DNA of 15,399 nucleotides from a virus (Duplodnaviria; Heunggongvirae; Uroviricota; Caudoviricetes): IMG/VR virus record IMGVR_UViG_2778261088_000008; one strand, 5' to 3'. Shown piece by piece: positions 1 to 9,036 of this stretch (position 1 is its first letter; each line of letters starts with the position of its first letter). The notes under the pieces were generated by a model. It saw only the letters and a program-made list of their open reading frames with translations, ran no database searches and was not told where the DNA came from. The position numbers and the translations under genes were made by a program.

Positions 1-201
1 CAAAAAGGGTCCGGGAATTTCTCAGCCTGGGTCATTGAAGCCTGCCGCCGGAGACTGTGCTCAGAAAAAAGAGTTTCTTCTGAAGCAAACAAAGAAAAGA
101 GTGACATTACTGAATTGCTCAGAAAACAGGTCAGACCAGATTGAAGCAATTTAGATAATCGTGCAGACTACGCCCCCTCATATCACATGGAAGGTTTATC
201 T

Positions 202-612
202 ATGGATCAGGTAGTCATTTTTAAACAAATATTTGATAAAGTTCGAAACGATTTAAACTATCAATGGTTTTATTCTGAGCTAAAACGTCACAATGTCTCA
301 CATTACATTTACTATTTAGCCACAGAGAATGTTCATATTGTATTAAAAAATGATAATACAGTGTTATTAAAGGGCCTAAAAAACATTGTGTCTGTCAAAT
401 TTTCAAAGGATAGGCATCTTATAGAAACGACCTCTAATAAGCTGAAATCCAGAGAGATCACATTTCAGGAATACAGAAGAAACCTTGCTAAAGCAGGAGT
501 TTTTCGGTGGGTTACAAATATCCACGAACAAAAAAGATATTACTATACCTTTGATAATTCATTACTATTTACTGAAAGCATCCAGAAAACTACACAGATC
601 TTACCACGCTAA
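202..612 (+). CDS. ydfO: DUF1398-family prophage protein (YdfO/YbcV-like)
   Basis: ORF 187..612; ATG at 202 is preceded by GGAAGG (189-194) at good spacing, whereas ATG 187 has no SD. Protein recalled as matching K-12 Qin YdfO. Stop TAA 610-612. Confidence 0.8.
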
Positions 613-703
613 ACCATAACGTCCGGCTTCTCTCACTCCTGAGCCGGACTGCATTGGTTTAATAAAAACCATCAACAATTGTGATTTAGATATTCGGAAC
701 CAT

Positions 704-737
704 TCAAATATAACAAAACCCCGTAAAAACGAGGTTT
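704..737 (-). terminator. Possible intrinsic terminator downstream of gnsB
   Basis: Imperfect hairpin aaacc-ccgtaaaaacgag-ggttt (715-737) which on the minus strand is followed by a T-rich run (complement of the A-rich 706-718). Stem is imperfect. Confidence 0.3.
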
Positions 738-763
738 ATGGATAAATTTTATTATTGAATACA

Positions 764-937
764 TCAGATTAAATTAATCTTGACATCATAGCTTTCAAGA
801 CCCGTCATTTTTTCCCGTGCGGTAAACTGAATACTGGTAACTTCTTTCCCGGTCTTTTTCTTAAGTTCAATAATTTTTTTTGTTATATATTCAGAAATAT
901 CTGCTTCTGCTTTTGTTTTTAAGTTTTCAATATTCAT
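764..937 (-). CDS. gnsB: GnsA/GnsB-family small protein (57 aa)
   Basis: Not in the ORF track (under 60 aa). Hand translation from ATG (937-935) gives MNIENLKTKAEADISEYITKKIIELKKKTGKEVTSIQFTAREKMTGLESYDVKINLI, stop TGA 766-764. SD AAGAGGAA upstream. Recalled as GnsA/GnsB-like. Confidence 0.75.
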   Translation of the reverse strand: MNIENLKTKAEADISEYITKKIIELKKKTGKEVTSIQFTAREKMTGLESYDVKINLI

Positions 938-1108
938 CATTTCCTCTTTTAGTCTGTTATGACTTTCCAGTTACACAGTAAGTCGATTATATGGTGCAAA
1001 CGTGTAAAAGATAAGATGAAACATCGCAATAATCAACATACGATAGTCTAAATTTTACACAAACAGACAAAGAGAATTTTCCTGAATTATCAATTCAATA
1101 GCATCAAA

Positions 1109-1264
1109 TCAACTCAAGAGCCTTATTGCTGCTTCCAGAATTTCTTCTGAAGTAACATGTCGATCCGCGGCTACATAAATGACTTTATGATCTCCGGTCA
1201 GAGATGGAAACCCTGCGGCCATTACAGTAAGGTGTGTTTTTTCGCCATTTGGATATTCACGCAT
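1109..1264 (-). CDS. ynfN: Small protein YnfN-like (51 aa from internal ATG)
   Basis: ORF 1109..1381 (90 codons). The 51-aa version MREYPNGEKTHLTVMAAGFPSLTGDHKVIYVAADRHVTSEEILEAAIRLLS starts at ATG 1264 and fits the recalled size of K-12 YnfN. In-frame ATGs at 1285 and 1339 are alternatives. The 5-prime end of the long ORF overlaps a terminator hairpin, arguing against the 90-aa form. Confidence 0.5.
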   Translation of the reverse strand: MREYPNGEKTHLTVMAAGFPSLTGDHKVIYVAADRHVTSEEILEAAIRLLS

Positions 1265-1382
1265 GATGGTGTTAACTCCAGTCATCGCTGGCACTACCAC
1301 TGCTGGTTCAGAGTTAAAAAAAACTATGATTTTTTTCATGATGTTACCGTAGTATGTGAGTATCCATCGAATAGACACCAAG

Positions 1383-1403
1383 CAAAAAAGCTCCCGAAGG
1401 AGC
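1383..1403 (-). terminator. Rho-independent terminator (minus strand), probably the cspI transcript end
   Basis: GCTCC-cgaa-GGAGC stem-loop (1390-1403) preceded on the plus strand by A6 (1384-1389), i.e. followed by T6 on the minus strand. Confidence 0.55.
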
Positions 1404-1610
1404 CTTCATTTTCACTTTTTTAAATCCAACGACAGACGGCTGGCATTTAAGTATTGTGAAATATTATCAAATGTAATCATCATTGATTTACAAAAGATAC
1501 ATTTTGCCCCGAAAGGATTCATGTCAGAAACATCAAAAGATGATGTTCTATACTGGGAACCATGACAACACGGGCATCTAAAGTGAATATGGTTTGTAAT
1601 ATTGTCTACC

Positions 1611-1823
1611 TCAAAGCGCCACTACATGAACAGCGGCAGGACCTTTAGGTCCGTTCTCAATACCAAATTCAACTTCCTGATTCTCAGTTAATGTTTTGAA
1701 ATCGTTGCTCTGAATTGCTGAGAAATGGACAAACACATCTTTGCTGCCATCTTTCGGCGTGATGAAACCAAAACCTTTTTCAGGGTTAAACCATTTCACT
1801 AAACCAGTCATTTTGTTAGACAT
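1611..1823 (-). CDS. cspI: Cold-shock protein CspI (CspA family, 70 aa)
   Basis: ATG 1823-1821, stop TGA 1613-1611. Protein [42 protein letters not shown]... carries the cold-shock RNP1/RNP2 motifs (KGFGFI, VFVHF); recalled as CspI. Confidence 0.95.
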   Translation of the reverse strand: MSNKMTGLVKWFNPEKGFGFITPKDGSKDVFVHFSAIQSNDFKTLTENQEVEFGIENGPKGPAAVHVVAL

Positions 1824-2185
1824 AATTATTACCTTTTGAAGAAATTAGCCCTTGGGCAGAATGGTCCGAAAAAAAATATCAGAGAGAAAAACCAACAAGG
1901 AAATCTCAAGAGGTACAAATAATAAAATTATAACAATGACTGCTTCAGATAAATTTGTAACAAACCAGAACACCATTAACGCATGATTAACCACCCATAG
2001 CAAGGATTACTTTTGTAAAGAAAAACACAGCAATGAAAGAATAGCTTTATTTATTAATAAAACGTGTCATTCTGATTAAGACCTTTTATCTTACCCTTAA
2101 GATTTCAGGAATTTTGGCTCATGGAAGAGTCCTTTTTATTTAAATTTTACATTCCGCGATGTAAATGTTCCGATTTAATATTACC

Positions 2186-3209
<1,024 letters not shown>

Positions 3210-3213
<4 letters not shown>

Positions 3214-3521
3214 AGATATTTATGATGAGGACGCTCGTGCTTATTGGCAGGATTTTCAATCTTAAAGGAGTACTGATGCTGCAGATAAGACTCAACTTTT
3301 TCTGACAATTTTTCTGCTACTTCCAGGAAGACTTGCCGGACGCTCCTTCTGGCTGCTGCCTCATAAAACTCCAGCGCAGCTCCTTCAACACGGTCCATGG
3401 CGACATCCAGGTCAAAAATTTCACCGTCAAAGCGTTCTTTGTCCTGTAAGGCTACAGTTACCGTAACTTTATTCTCAAAATTACGGACTCCTTTCACAAC
3501 CAGTTCATAGTCTTGAGTCAT
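3210..3521 (-). CDS. ydfR: DUF1327-family protein (YdfR-like), inserted between holin and endolysin
   Basis: 103 aa, ATG 3521 with SD AGGAGAG upstream; stop overlaps the endolysin start. Recalled as YdfR of Qin. Confidence 0.8.
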
Positions 3522-3525
3522 TGGA

Positions 3526-3741
3526 TTACTCTCCTCTCGCAGCCTTACGCCTGTCTTCTTTAATCTTGAAATAAAGATTTGTCAGATACGTCAGCAGGCC
3601 AAAAACCAGGCTACCCAGCACACCGATTGCAGCCCACTGTGACGGAGTTACTTTATCGAGTAACTGCAATGCCCAGAAACCAGCATTACCCGCCGATGTG
3701 CCATAGGCAACACCTGTTGTTAACTTATCCATTGATTTCAT
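3526..3741 (-). CDS. essQ: Class II holin / pinholin (S21-like) with dual-start motif
   Basis: ATG at 3741 gives [28 protein letters not shown]... (71 aa) with two TM segments and a charged C-terminus. MKSM-DK places two Met codons 3 codons apart, the dual-start arrangement of phage 21 S. The track ORF extends further upstream but that part has no support. Confidence 0.85.
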   Translation of the reverse strand: MKSMDKLTTGVAYGTSAGNAGFWALQLLDKVTPSQWAAIGVLGSLVFGLLTYLTNLYFKIKEDRRKAARGE

Positions 3742-3960
3742 ATCCTCACCCCGATGTACACGGATGGTGCAATATGTTTGAAAAGATCGGAGTCTACGGG
3801 GTAGTTTTGACAGCACACGTTGTTCTCAACGGCGCTAAAAAAACATACACATTAAAAATGTGGGTAATTATTTTGAAAGAAAGTCATATATAAAATAATA
3901 ATACGAGAAATGTTTTCATATTTAGTGTACTGTATACGGCCATTTATACAGGAAAAGCCT

Positions 3961-4131
3961 ATGTCAGAACGTAAAAACTCAAAATCACGCCGTAATTATC
4001 TCGTTAAATGTTCCTGCCCAAACTGCACCCAAGAGTCAGAACACAGTTTTTCAAGAGTACAAAAAGGTGCCCTTTTGATCTGCCCTCATTGCAACAAAGT
4101 ATTCCAGACAAATCTTAAAGCTGTAGCCTGA
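3961..4131 (+). CDS. Small zinc-ribbon protein (CxCxxC ... CxxC), 56 aa
   Basis: ATG 3961 preceded by AGGAAAAG. Protein MSERKNSKSRRNYLVKCSCPNCTQESEHSFSRVQKGALLICPHCNKVFQTNLKAVA. Opposite strand to the lysis genes. Family not firmly recognised. Confidence 0.5.
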   Translation: MSERKNSKSRRNYLVKCSCPNCTQESEHSFSRVQKGALLICPHCNKVFQTNLKAVA

Positions 4132-4194
4132 TTGATTTTATTAGTAACAAGTATTTTTTATATTTTAATAATATATTTAAAGCAGATAATAAAA

Positions 4195-4212
4195 AACCCG
4201 CCTGAGCGGGTT
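4195..4212. terminator. Intrinsic terminator hairpin; strong on the minus strand (cspB 3-prime end), weak on the plus strand
   Basis: aacccgc-ctga-gcgggtt stem-loop. Minus-strand orientation is followed by TTTTTTATT (complement of 4186-4196); plus-strand orientation is followed by only TTT. Confidence 0.5.
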
Positions 4213-4494
4213 TGAGATTGTGGTGCTTTTTGTGGGAGTCATCCACTTACGCACTTTGTTTTGCCATGCCAGCAGTTAGCTTCTGCTGTAAAACTATTCA
4301 TGCAGCAAACCTGCACTTCACCACAATGGTTAGCATACTTTTCCTGATTAAGATTTTGCCAAATATGCTAGCCATTGTTTCATGTATTGGACCTCCTTAC
4401 TTTTTATTAAAGAGATCCAATATTCACTACTCTGTCCGTATCTCTACTCAGGCATCAGCCTTCTTCGTTATCGTATACAGACGAGCGATGAATT

Positions 4495-4710
4495 TTAATC
4501 AGTAATGATGACATTTGCTGCTGCAGGACCTTTAGCACCACTCTCTATAGAGAAGGTAACCTTTTGACCTTCAAATAAGGTTCGATAATTATCATTCTGA
4601 ATCGCAGAAAAATGCACAAACACATCTTTACTACCATCAACAGGAGAAATAAAGCCGAAACCTTTATCAGCGTTAAACCATTTTACTAAACCAGTCATTT
4701 TATTTGACAT
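4495..4710 (-). CDS. cspB: Cold-shock protein CspB (71 aa)
   Basis: ATG 4710-4708. Protein [71 protein letters not shown] recalled as CspB. Confidence 0.95.
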   Translation of the reverse strand: MSNKMTGLVKWFNADKGFGFISPVDGSKDVFVHFSAIQNDNYRTLFEGQKVTFSIESGAKGPAAANVIITD

Positions 4711-5010
4711 TCTACATTCCTTAACTTGAGCCTTTCGGCATAAATGGTTTGCATAACAGAAACGACTTCGTACTTAATTGGAGAGACTCAAAGAAGGAAT
4801 AAGTGAATAACACCTGAAATGAGAACTGCTTTAGTAAACTACTTCGTATATCGTCTGTTCTTCAAACCGACGCAATCATTAACGCATAGTTGAACATATG
4901 AAGCAATGTTTATTTTAGACATCCAGCCATCTTCAACCCCATCAAAAAACTATAGCTTTCTTCAGGAACGTGTGTATAGTGCGCCAAGTTATCAGTATTA
5001 AGGAATTTTT

Positions 5011-5223
5011 TTGTCCCGTAAAATGACAGGAATTGTCAAAACCTTTGACGGCAAAAGCGGCAAGGGTCTTATCACCCCATCCGATGGTCGTATCGATGTC
5101 CAGCTTCATGTTTCAGCGCTCAATCTCCGCGATGCAGAAGAAATTACCACCGGATTACGCGTGGAATTTTGCCGGATAAATGGTCTGCGTGGCCCTTCAG
5201 CTGCCAATGTTTACCTTTCATGA
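5011..5223 (+). CDS. cspF: Cold-shock protein CspF-like (70 aa)
   Basis: Protein [70 protein letters not shown]. The first codon at 5011 is TTG, preceded by AAGGAA (5001-5006); first ATG is at 5023 (MTGIV...). Divergent from cspB. Confidence 0.85.
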
Positions 5224-5515
5224 GCTATATTAAAGCTTTAATTTCAGGCCCCATCGGATCACACATGGAGAGTTTTTATGAATAACCCCGTCTGTCTTGA
5301 TGACTGGTTGATTGGCTTTAAAAGCTTATGCTGTACTTTGGCCGTAATAGCTCTGCTAATAATATAATAAGCAGACTCATTGTGTTTAGGGACATTGTAC
5401 TGGAAGAAAACATTTTAAACATCAGGCAAATAACCAAGTCACCAGCTAAATAATAAGTTAACAGACATGAGTCCCGGGATGAGATTCAACATTACCATTG
5501 CCCCATTTAAAGCAC

Positions 5516-5539
5516 AAAACCCGCTCATCAGCGGGTTTT
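5516..5539. terminator. Bidirectional intrinsic terminator; on the minus strand a tR-prime-like late terminator
   Basis: aaaacccgc-tcatca-gcgggtttt hairpin, followed on the plus strand by TTTTCTACTTTTTCTT (5536-5551) and on the minus strand by TTTTGTGCTTT. Sits about 40-60 nt downstream of the proposed late promoter start. Confidence 0.6.
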
Positions 5540-5576
5540 CTACTTTTTCTTAACGTCGGGTATACAAAGCCCATCG

Positions 5577-5613
5577 TTGAAAAAATTTTATCCATATTTT
5601 TTGAAAAATGCAA
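5577..5613 (-). promoter_or_regulatory. Candidate Q-dependent late promoter (pR-prime-like) with expected qut region
   Basis: Minus strand reads TTGCAT (5613-5608), 17-nt spacer, TAAAAT (5590-5585), TTTTTCA, then ACGATGGG starting at 5577. From memory lambda pR-prime reads TAAATT-TGACTCA-ACGATGGG, so the -10 to +1 spacing and the initial transcribed ACGATGGG look conserved. Lies 30-70 nt downstream of the Q stop. Confidence 0.5.
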
Positions 5614-5644
5614 ACATCATGTCGCCATCTTCAGCAAAAATCAT

Positions 5645-6397
5645 TTATCTCGTCACCTTCCTCAATTGCGCTTCCGCGTATGCTTCTTCCTGCCAGCACT
5701 TTGTTACCAGTTTACCAATGACGTCCGCATACCCCTTATACCACTGATAATCGGTCAGGTCTGGTACCAGCTTCTGGACATGACGTCGTGCCAGCGTGGT
5801 CGGTAAACGACTAAACCGATTTCCATTACAACGCCCACAAATCTTATATACCGGTACGCCATGAAACCGGGTTCTTTTTTCATCCAGAACAATCCCTTTA
5901 CCCTTACACCCTCTGCACGCTGTGCTGGCTTCGCCCTTACCATGGCAATGCTGACATAGTTCCTTCACCCATTCTTCCTTGATTACAGATTCCCCGCGTC
6001 TGTAGTGTTTCACCACTTCGCGCAATACATTATAAAATCCCGTACCTGAACAATGCTCACAGCGAGCCTTACTTGCCGCAGACCTGGAGTAATCAGCAAA
6101 GGCAAAACTCACGAGGTAAGGAATAATCTGTAACCGGATTTCTTCACTCAATTTGTTCAATGTCGGGTTATCCAGTGCCATCGCGTAATTTAGCAGGCCT
6201 TCAATCGCAAACTGAGGGTCCTGAACACCAACTTTTGCCAGAAATAAGGCCAACCCAAGTGGTGCTTTCGACTGCACCATCCCCTGCGCTGCCATTACAT
6301 CCGTAATTGTTAAACAACCGGTGCCTGTCGCTGGAGCGTCATCGCTCAATTTTGGAGATTTTGGGGAGTAATATTTTGGTAAGGCTTCAAGGTTCAT
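5645..6397 (-). CDS. quuQ: Late-gene antiterminator Q-like protein with DnaJ-type CxxCxGxG zinc-finger repeats
   Basis: ATG at 6397 (MNLEALPKYY...) with SD GGAG 7 nt upstream; the track start at 6427 is a TTG. 250 aa. Contains CEHCSGTG, CQHCHGKG, CRGCKGKG and CGRCNGNR. Position directly upstream of the pR-prime-like promoter and terminator supports the Q role. Confidence 0.8.
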   Translation of the reverse strand: MNLEALPKYYSPKSPKLSDDAPATGTGCLTITDVMAAQGMVQSKAPLGLALFLAKVGVQDPQFAIEGLLNYAMALDNPTLNKLSEEIRLQIIPYLVSFAFADYSRSAASKARCEHCSGTGFYNVLREVVKHYRRGESVIKEEWVKELCQHCHGKGEASTACRGCKGKGIVLDEKRTRFHGVPVYKICGRCNGNRFSRLPTTLARRHVQKLVPDLTDYQWYKGYADVIGKLVTKCWQEEAYAEAQLRKVTR

Positions 6398-6410
6398 GCT
6401 CGTTCTCCAC

Positions 6411-7460
6411 TTACGCCAGTACGCCAATTGCCAGCGCGCGATCGATAAAACGAAATATCAGCTCCAGTTGGGAGCCATACTTATCTTCAAATGCCACTGT
6501 ATCCGTATGCAGCTCGTTGTGATGCTTTCTGCACAAAGGCAACACAAAGAGATCATGTGCTTTTGTTCCCATTCCGCCCTGCCCGTGACCAATCAGATGA
6601 TGCGGATCGTCGGCTGGCATACCGCAGCAAGCACACGGCTGTGTCTTAACCCAACGTGTGTATTTCTCCTTAACCCAGCGGCGACGTTTAGGCAGCTTCA
6701 TGAAAGATTCCGGAGACTCTGGATCAACGGTGATGCTTACCACCGTCTTTTCCTGTGGTGATTTTTGTTGCTGGTGGGCGTAAGGCAACGGTGCAAGATT
6801 TTTTGTGCGTTGTTTCAATATGCTGGTGGCGGTCTGCTCTCCCGGTACGATGTCGCTTTCGCGGTACACCGAGCAGATTTTTTCCGCTGGTAATCCCAGC
6901 GAACGACGCGATACAGCCTCAGGTAGTGCATCCACCACCTGATTGCAGACCGCCCACCAGGATAATTCAGCCAAAGATAATTCCCGCTCCTGCGTACCGC
7001 TTATTGCGTGACGGATGACGTCAATCACCCATGCTGTCAGATTTTGTTGAGCAAGCAGCTCCAGTGATTCCGATGTCTGGTCACGCAGTTGGTTGTCGCA
7101 GTGCCAGCACAACACCATTGCGCCGGTACCATAACGGTGAATGACTGTTTCAGTGTGATGGTAATCGCCATTAGGCCACTGGCAGGATGTAACATGACGT
7201 AATAGCCAGTCGGACAATGCGCCAACGCCGCCAGCAGCACGAATCACCCGTTCGTTACTAAAAAACGGCAGCAATGTTTTGTCTTCCGCCAGCGGCTGGC
7301 GAACGGCAGGAACGACTCCGGATGGCAGATTACGCATGCTTTTTGGTTCCGGTTCCACCAGCACTCGAGGATTATGAAATATCTGTATGGATTCACGGCC
7401 CGGCTTAAGGACCACCAGCCCAAGCTCAGGCACCAGAACAGGTCTAAGTAATACCCGCAC
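6411..7460 (-). CDS. ydfU: DUF968-family prophage protein (YdfU-like) with C-terminal HNH-like Cys/His cluster
   Basis: Long ORF 6411..7499. GTG at 7460 follows the upstream gene stop by 1 nt and is preceded by GGAGG at good spacing, giving 349 aa. C-terminus CACCGMPADDPHHLIGHGQGGMGTKAHDLFVLPLCRKHHNELH resembles an HNH/zinc-binding motif. Confidence 0.7.
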   Translation of the reverse strand: MRVLLRPVLVPELGLVVLKPGRESIQIFHNPRVLVEPEPKSMRNLPSGVVPAVRQPLAEDKTLLPFFSNERVIRAAGGVGALSDWLLRHVTSCQWPNGDYHHTETVIHRYGTGAMVLCWHCDNQLRDQTSESLELLAQQNLTAWVIDVIRHAISGTQERELSLAELSWWAVCNQVVDALPEAVSRRSLGLPAEKICSVYRESDIVPGEQTATSILKQRTKNLAPLPYAHQQQKSPQEKTVVSITVDPESPESFMKLPKRRRWVKEKYTRWVKTQPCACCGMPADDPHHLIGHGQGGMGTKAHDLFVLPLCRKHHNELHTDTVAFEDKYGSQLELIFRFIDRALAIGVLA

Positions 7461-7461
7461 G

Positions 7462-7740
7462 TTACCTCCAGATCCGTTGCTGGAAAGTGCGGGACGCACG
7501 TGGTGGGCGTTCGGAATAAGGCAGCCTGACAGAGATTATCCAGTGCCGATAGTCGAGACTGAGAGCTTTCTTAACCTCGAACCCGCGCCTGCGGTAAGAA
7601 TGAATCAGCCATTCGGCCTGTTCTGCAGTGCATGGAGGGTGCTGGAACCATTCAGACTTGAATGCGTGAGAATACCGCCCGTGCGTGCAGGCAAGAACGG
7701 GCGAATTATCAGAATTGTAATATTTTGCGTTGCGTGCCAT
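7462..7740 (-). CDS. Hypothetical prophage protein (92 aa), nin-region-like
   Basis: ATG 7740 with SD GGAGA upstream; stop TAA 7464-7462 abuts the ydfU start. Protein MARNAKYYNSDNSPVLACTHGRYSHAFKSEWFQHPPCTAEQAEWLIHSYRRRGFEVKK... Family not recognised. Confidence 0.5.
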   Translation of the reverse strand: MARNAKYYNSDNSPVLACTHGRYSHAFKSEWFQHPPCTAEQAEWLIHSYRRRGFEVKKALSLDYRHWIISVRLPYSERPPRASRTFQQRIWR

Positions 7741-7806
7741 CGGTTTTCTCCGGTGGCACGGTGTTACTCAGCGGGAGTTCAGCCCCGCGCAAGATTGTAG
7801 ATGAGT

Positions 7807-8058
7807 TTATTCTCCTGAAAAAGCAGAAAAGCCAGCTTTTATTCCGATCTCTTTCAATGCCTGTAATGAAGTGACAAACTCACCTTCGCGCAAGATAAAT
7901 CCGTCCGTGACCCGAGCATCCACAAAATTAATTAACGCAGCCCCATTCTTTCGCAAACACATAATGCGGTAATGACTAACAAGATTTCCATTTTCAACGC
8001 ACACAGCATAGAGGCCATCTTCACAAAAAATTTTACGCAGTTCTTCGATGTTCATCAT
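7807..8058 (-). CDS. rem: Rem-like small protein (83 aa), function unknown
   Basis: ATG ATG at 8058/8055 with SD GGAAGG upstream. Assigned by gene order (between ydfU and hokD) and size; the sequence itself is not firmly recalled. Confidence 0.55.
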   Translation of the reverse strand: MMNIEELRKIFCEDGLYAVCVENGNLVSHYRIMCLRKNGAALINFVDARVTDGFILREGEFVTSLQALKEIGIKAGFSAFSGE

Positions 8059-8175
8059 CAGAATCCTTCCGGATAATTAGCTCTCCCCTTTAAGGGACCA
8101 TCCCTCTTATCCCTGCGCGCTACTTAAGTATTTTTGATTCTATTCCGGCACCGTCCAGAACTTCAAACGCGTTGA

Positions 8176-8204
8176 AAATAAAAACAAAAACCCGCCGAAG
8201 CGGG
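8176..8204 (-). terminator. Rho-independent terminator of the relB-relE-hokD operon
   Basis: cccgc-cgaa-gcggg hairpin (8191-8204) followed on the minus strand by TTTTTGTTTTTATTTT (complement of 8176-8190), about 70 nt downstream of the hokD stop. Confidence 0.65.
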
Positions 8205-8274
8205 TTAAGTGCGGGTGCGTTGAGGATGCCTGCCACATCAGAGGTGGCGAGGGATTTCTCCCCCGCCGGGTCTC

Positions 8275-8430
8275 TTACTCCTCAGGTTCGTAAGCTGTGA
8301 AGACAGCGACCTCCGTCTGGCCGGTTCGGATTCGTACCTCGCAGAGGTCTTTCCTCGTTACCAGTGCCGTCACTATGACGGTTAAACAGATGACGATCAG
8401 GGCGATTAACATCGCCTTTTGCTGCTTCAT
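8275..8430 (-). CDS. hokD: Hok-family type I toxin HokD (RelF), 51 aa
   Basis: Not in the ORF track (under 60 aa). Hand translation from ATG 8430: MKQQKAMLIALIVICLTVIVTALVTRKDLCEVRIRTGQTEVAVFTAYEPEE, stop TAA 8277-8275. SD AGGAGAA upstream. Recalled as HokD. Confidence 0.9.
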   Translation of the reverse strand: MKQQKAMLIALIVICLTVIVTALVTRKDLCEVRIRTGQTEVAVFTAYEPEE

Positions 8431-8501
8431 AGCCTGCTTCTCCTGTCAACGCAAAGCAGAAGTGTCACCTTCGGTGCGAAACAGAGATGTCATGCTTTGG
8501 T

Positions 8502-8789
8502 TCAGAGAATGCGTTTGACCGCCTCGCTATATACTTCCGAGCGTTCTCTTTTCCCAACAGAAATCACGAAAACGACAACTTTCTCGTCTATAACCTGGTA
8601 TACAAGGCGATAGCCTGAAGACCGGAGCTTAATCTTGTAACAATCAGGCATACCACGGAGCTTGTTTGCTTCAATCCGGGGTGACTCAAGTACTTCAACC
8701 AGCTTCTTTTTCAACTGTTCACGTACCGTCGAGCCCAGCTTTCGCCATTCCTTTAGTGCCCGCTCGTCAAAATCCAGAAAATACGCCAT
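8502..8789 (-). CDS. relE: RelE mRNA interferase toxin (95 aa)
   Basis: Protein MAYFLDFDERALKEWRKLGSTVREQLKKKLVEVLESPRIEANKLRGMPDCYKIKLRSSGYRLVYQVIDEKVVVFVISVGKRERSEVYSEAVKRIL recalled as RelE. Start overlaps the relB stop by 1 nt. Confidence 0.95.
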   Translation of the reverse strand: MAYFLDFDERALKEWRKLGSTVREQLKKKLVEVLESPRIEANKLRGMPDCYKIKLRSSGYRLVYQVIDEKVVVFVISVGKRERSEVYSEAVKRIL

Positions 8790-9028
8790 CAGAGTTCATC
8801 CAGCGTCACACGTACTGGCTTAGGATTACGAAGCCGTTCTTTCACTATCTCCACAAGTTCAGCATCTTCATCACTCAGGAGTGTCTGTTTGAACGGCAAG
8901 CGTTCATTGTCAGCGATATACTCGAGCATGAGACGAAGCGCTTCAGAAGGAGTTACACCCATTTTTTCAAGCGCGGCGTAAGAACGCGCTTTAAGTTCAT
9001 CGTCAATACGCAGGTTAATGCTACCCAT
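8789..9028 (-). CDS. relB: RelB antitoxin (79 aa)
   Basis: Protein MGSINLRIDDELKARSYAALEKMGVTPSEALRLMLEYIADNERLPFKQTLLSDEDAELVEIVKERLRNPKPVRVTLDEL recalled as RelB. ATG 9028-9026. Confidence 0.95.
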   Translation of the reverse strand: MGSINLRIDDELKARSYAALEKMGVTPSEALRLMLEYIADNERLPFKQTLLSDEDAELVEIVKERLRNPKPVRVTLDEL

Positions 9029-9036
9029 GTCTTACA

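Noticed and set aside
621-650. Hairpin GTCCGGC...GCCGGAC after ydfO, considered as a terminator
   Set aside because: Loop is 15 nt and no T-run follows on either strand; at best a weak structure.
1157-1565. Plus-strand ORFs 1157..1423 and 1356..1565
   Set aside because: Antisense to ynfN and running through the terminator hairpin at 1383-1403; no SD; low-complexity translations.
3526-3816. Extended 96-aa form of the holin ORF
   Set aside because: The upstream 25 codons add a basic non-holin-like extension; the ATG at 3741 gives the canonical pinholin dual-start N-terminus.
4212-4505. Plus-strand ORF 4212..4505 (97 aa)
   Set aside because: Starts inside the terminator hairpin, has no SD, and the translation is Cys/Phe-rich low complexity; the region is more likely the cspB 3-prime UTR.
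5498-6427. ORFs 5498..5806 (+), 5755..5943 (-) and the TTG-initiated 260-aa form of Q
   Set aside because: Overlap the Q gene or the late promoter/terminator in other frames; the Q ATG at 6397 has a proper SD whereas the 6427 start is a TTG overlapping the ydfU stop.
6307-7874. Plus-strand ORFs 6307..6522, 6396..6761, 6755..7018, 7387..7800, 7662..7874 and minus ORF 7037..7240
   Set aside because: Antisense or alternate-frame ORFs inside ydfU and the 92-aa gene; GC-rich region where spurious open frames are expected.
8297-8613. Plus-strand ORFs 8297..8518 and 8419..8613, considered as a possible Sok-like antisense gene
   Set aside because: They are antisense to hokD and relE with no SD; I found no convincing plus-strand promoter, so neither a protein nor an antisense RNA is supported from sequence alone.
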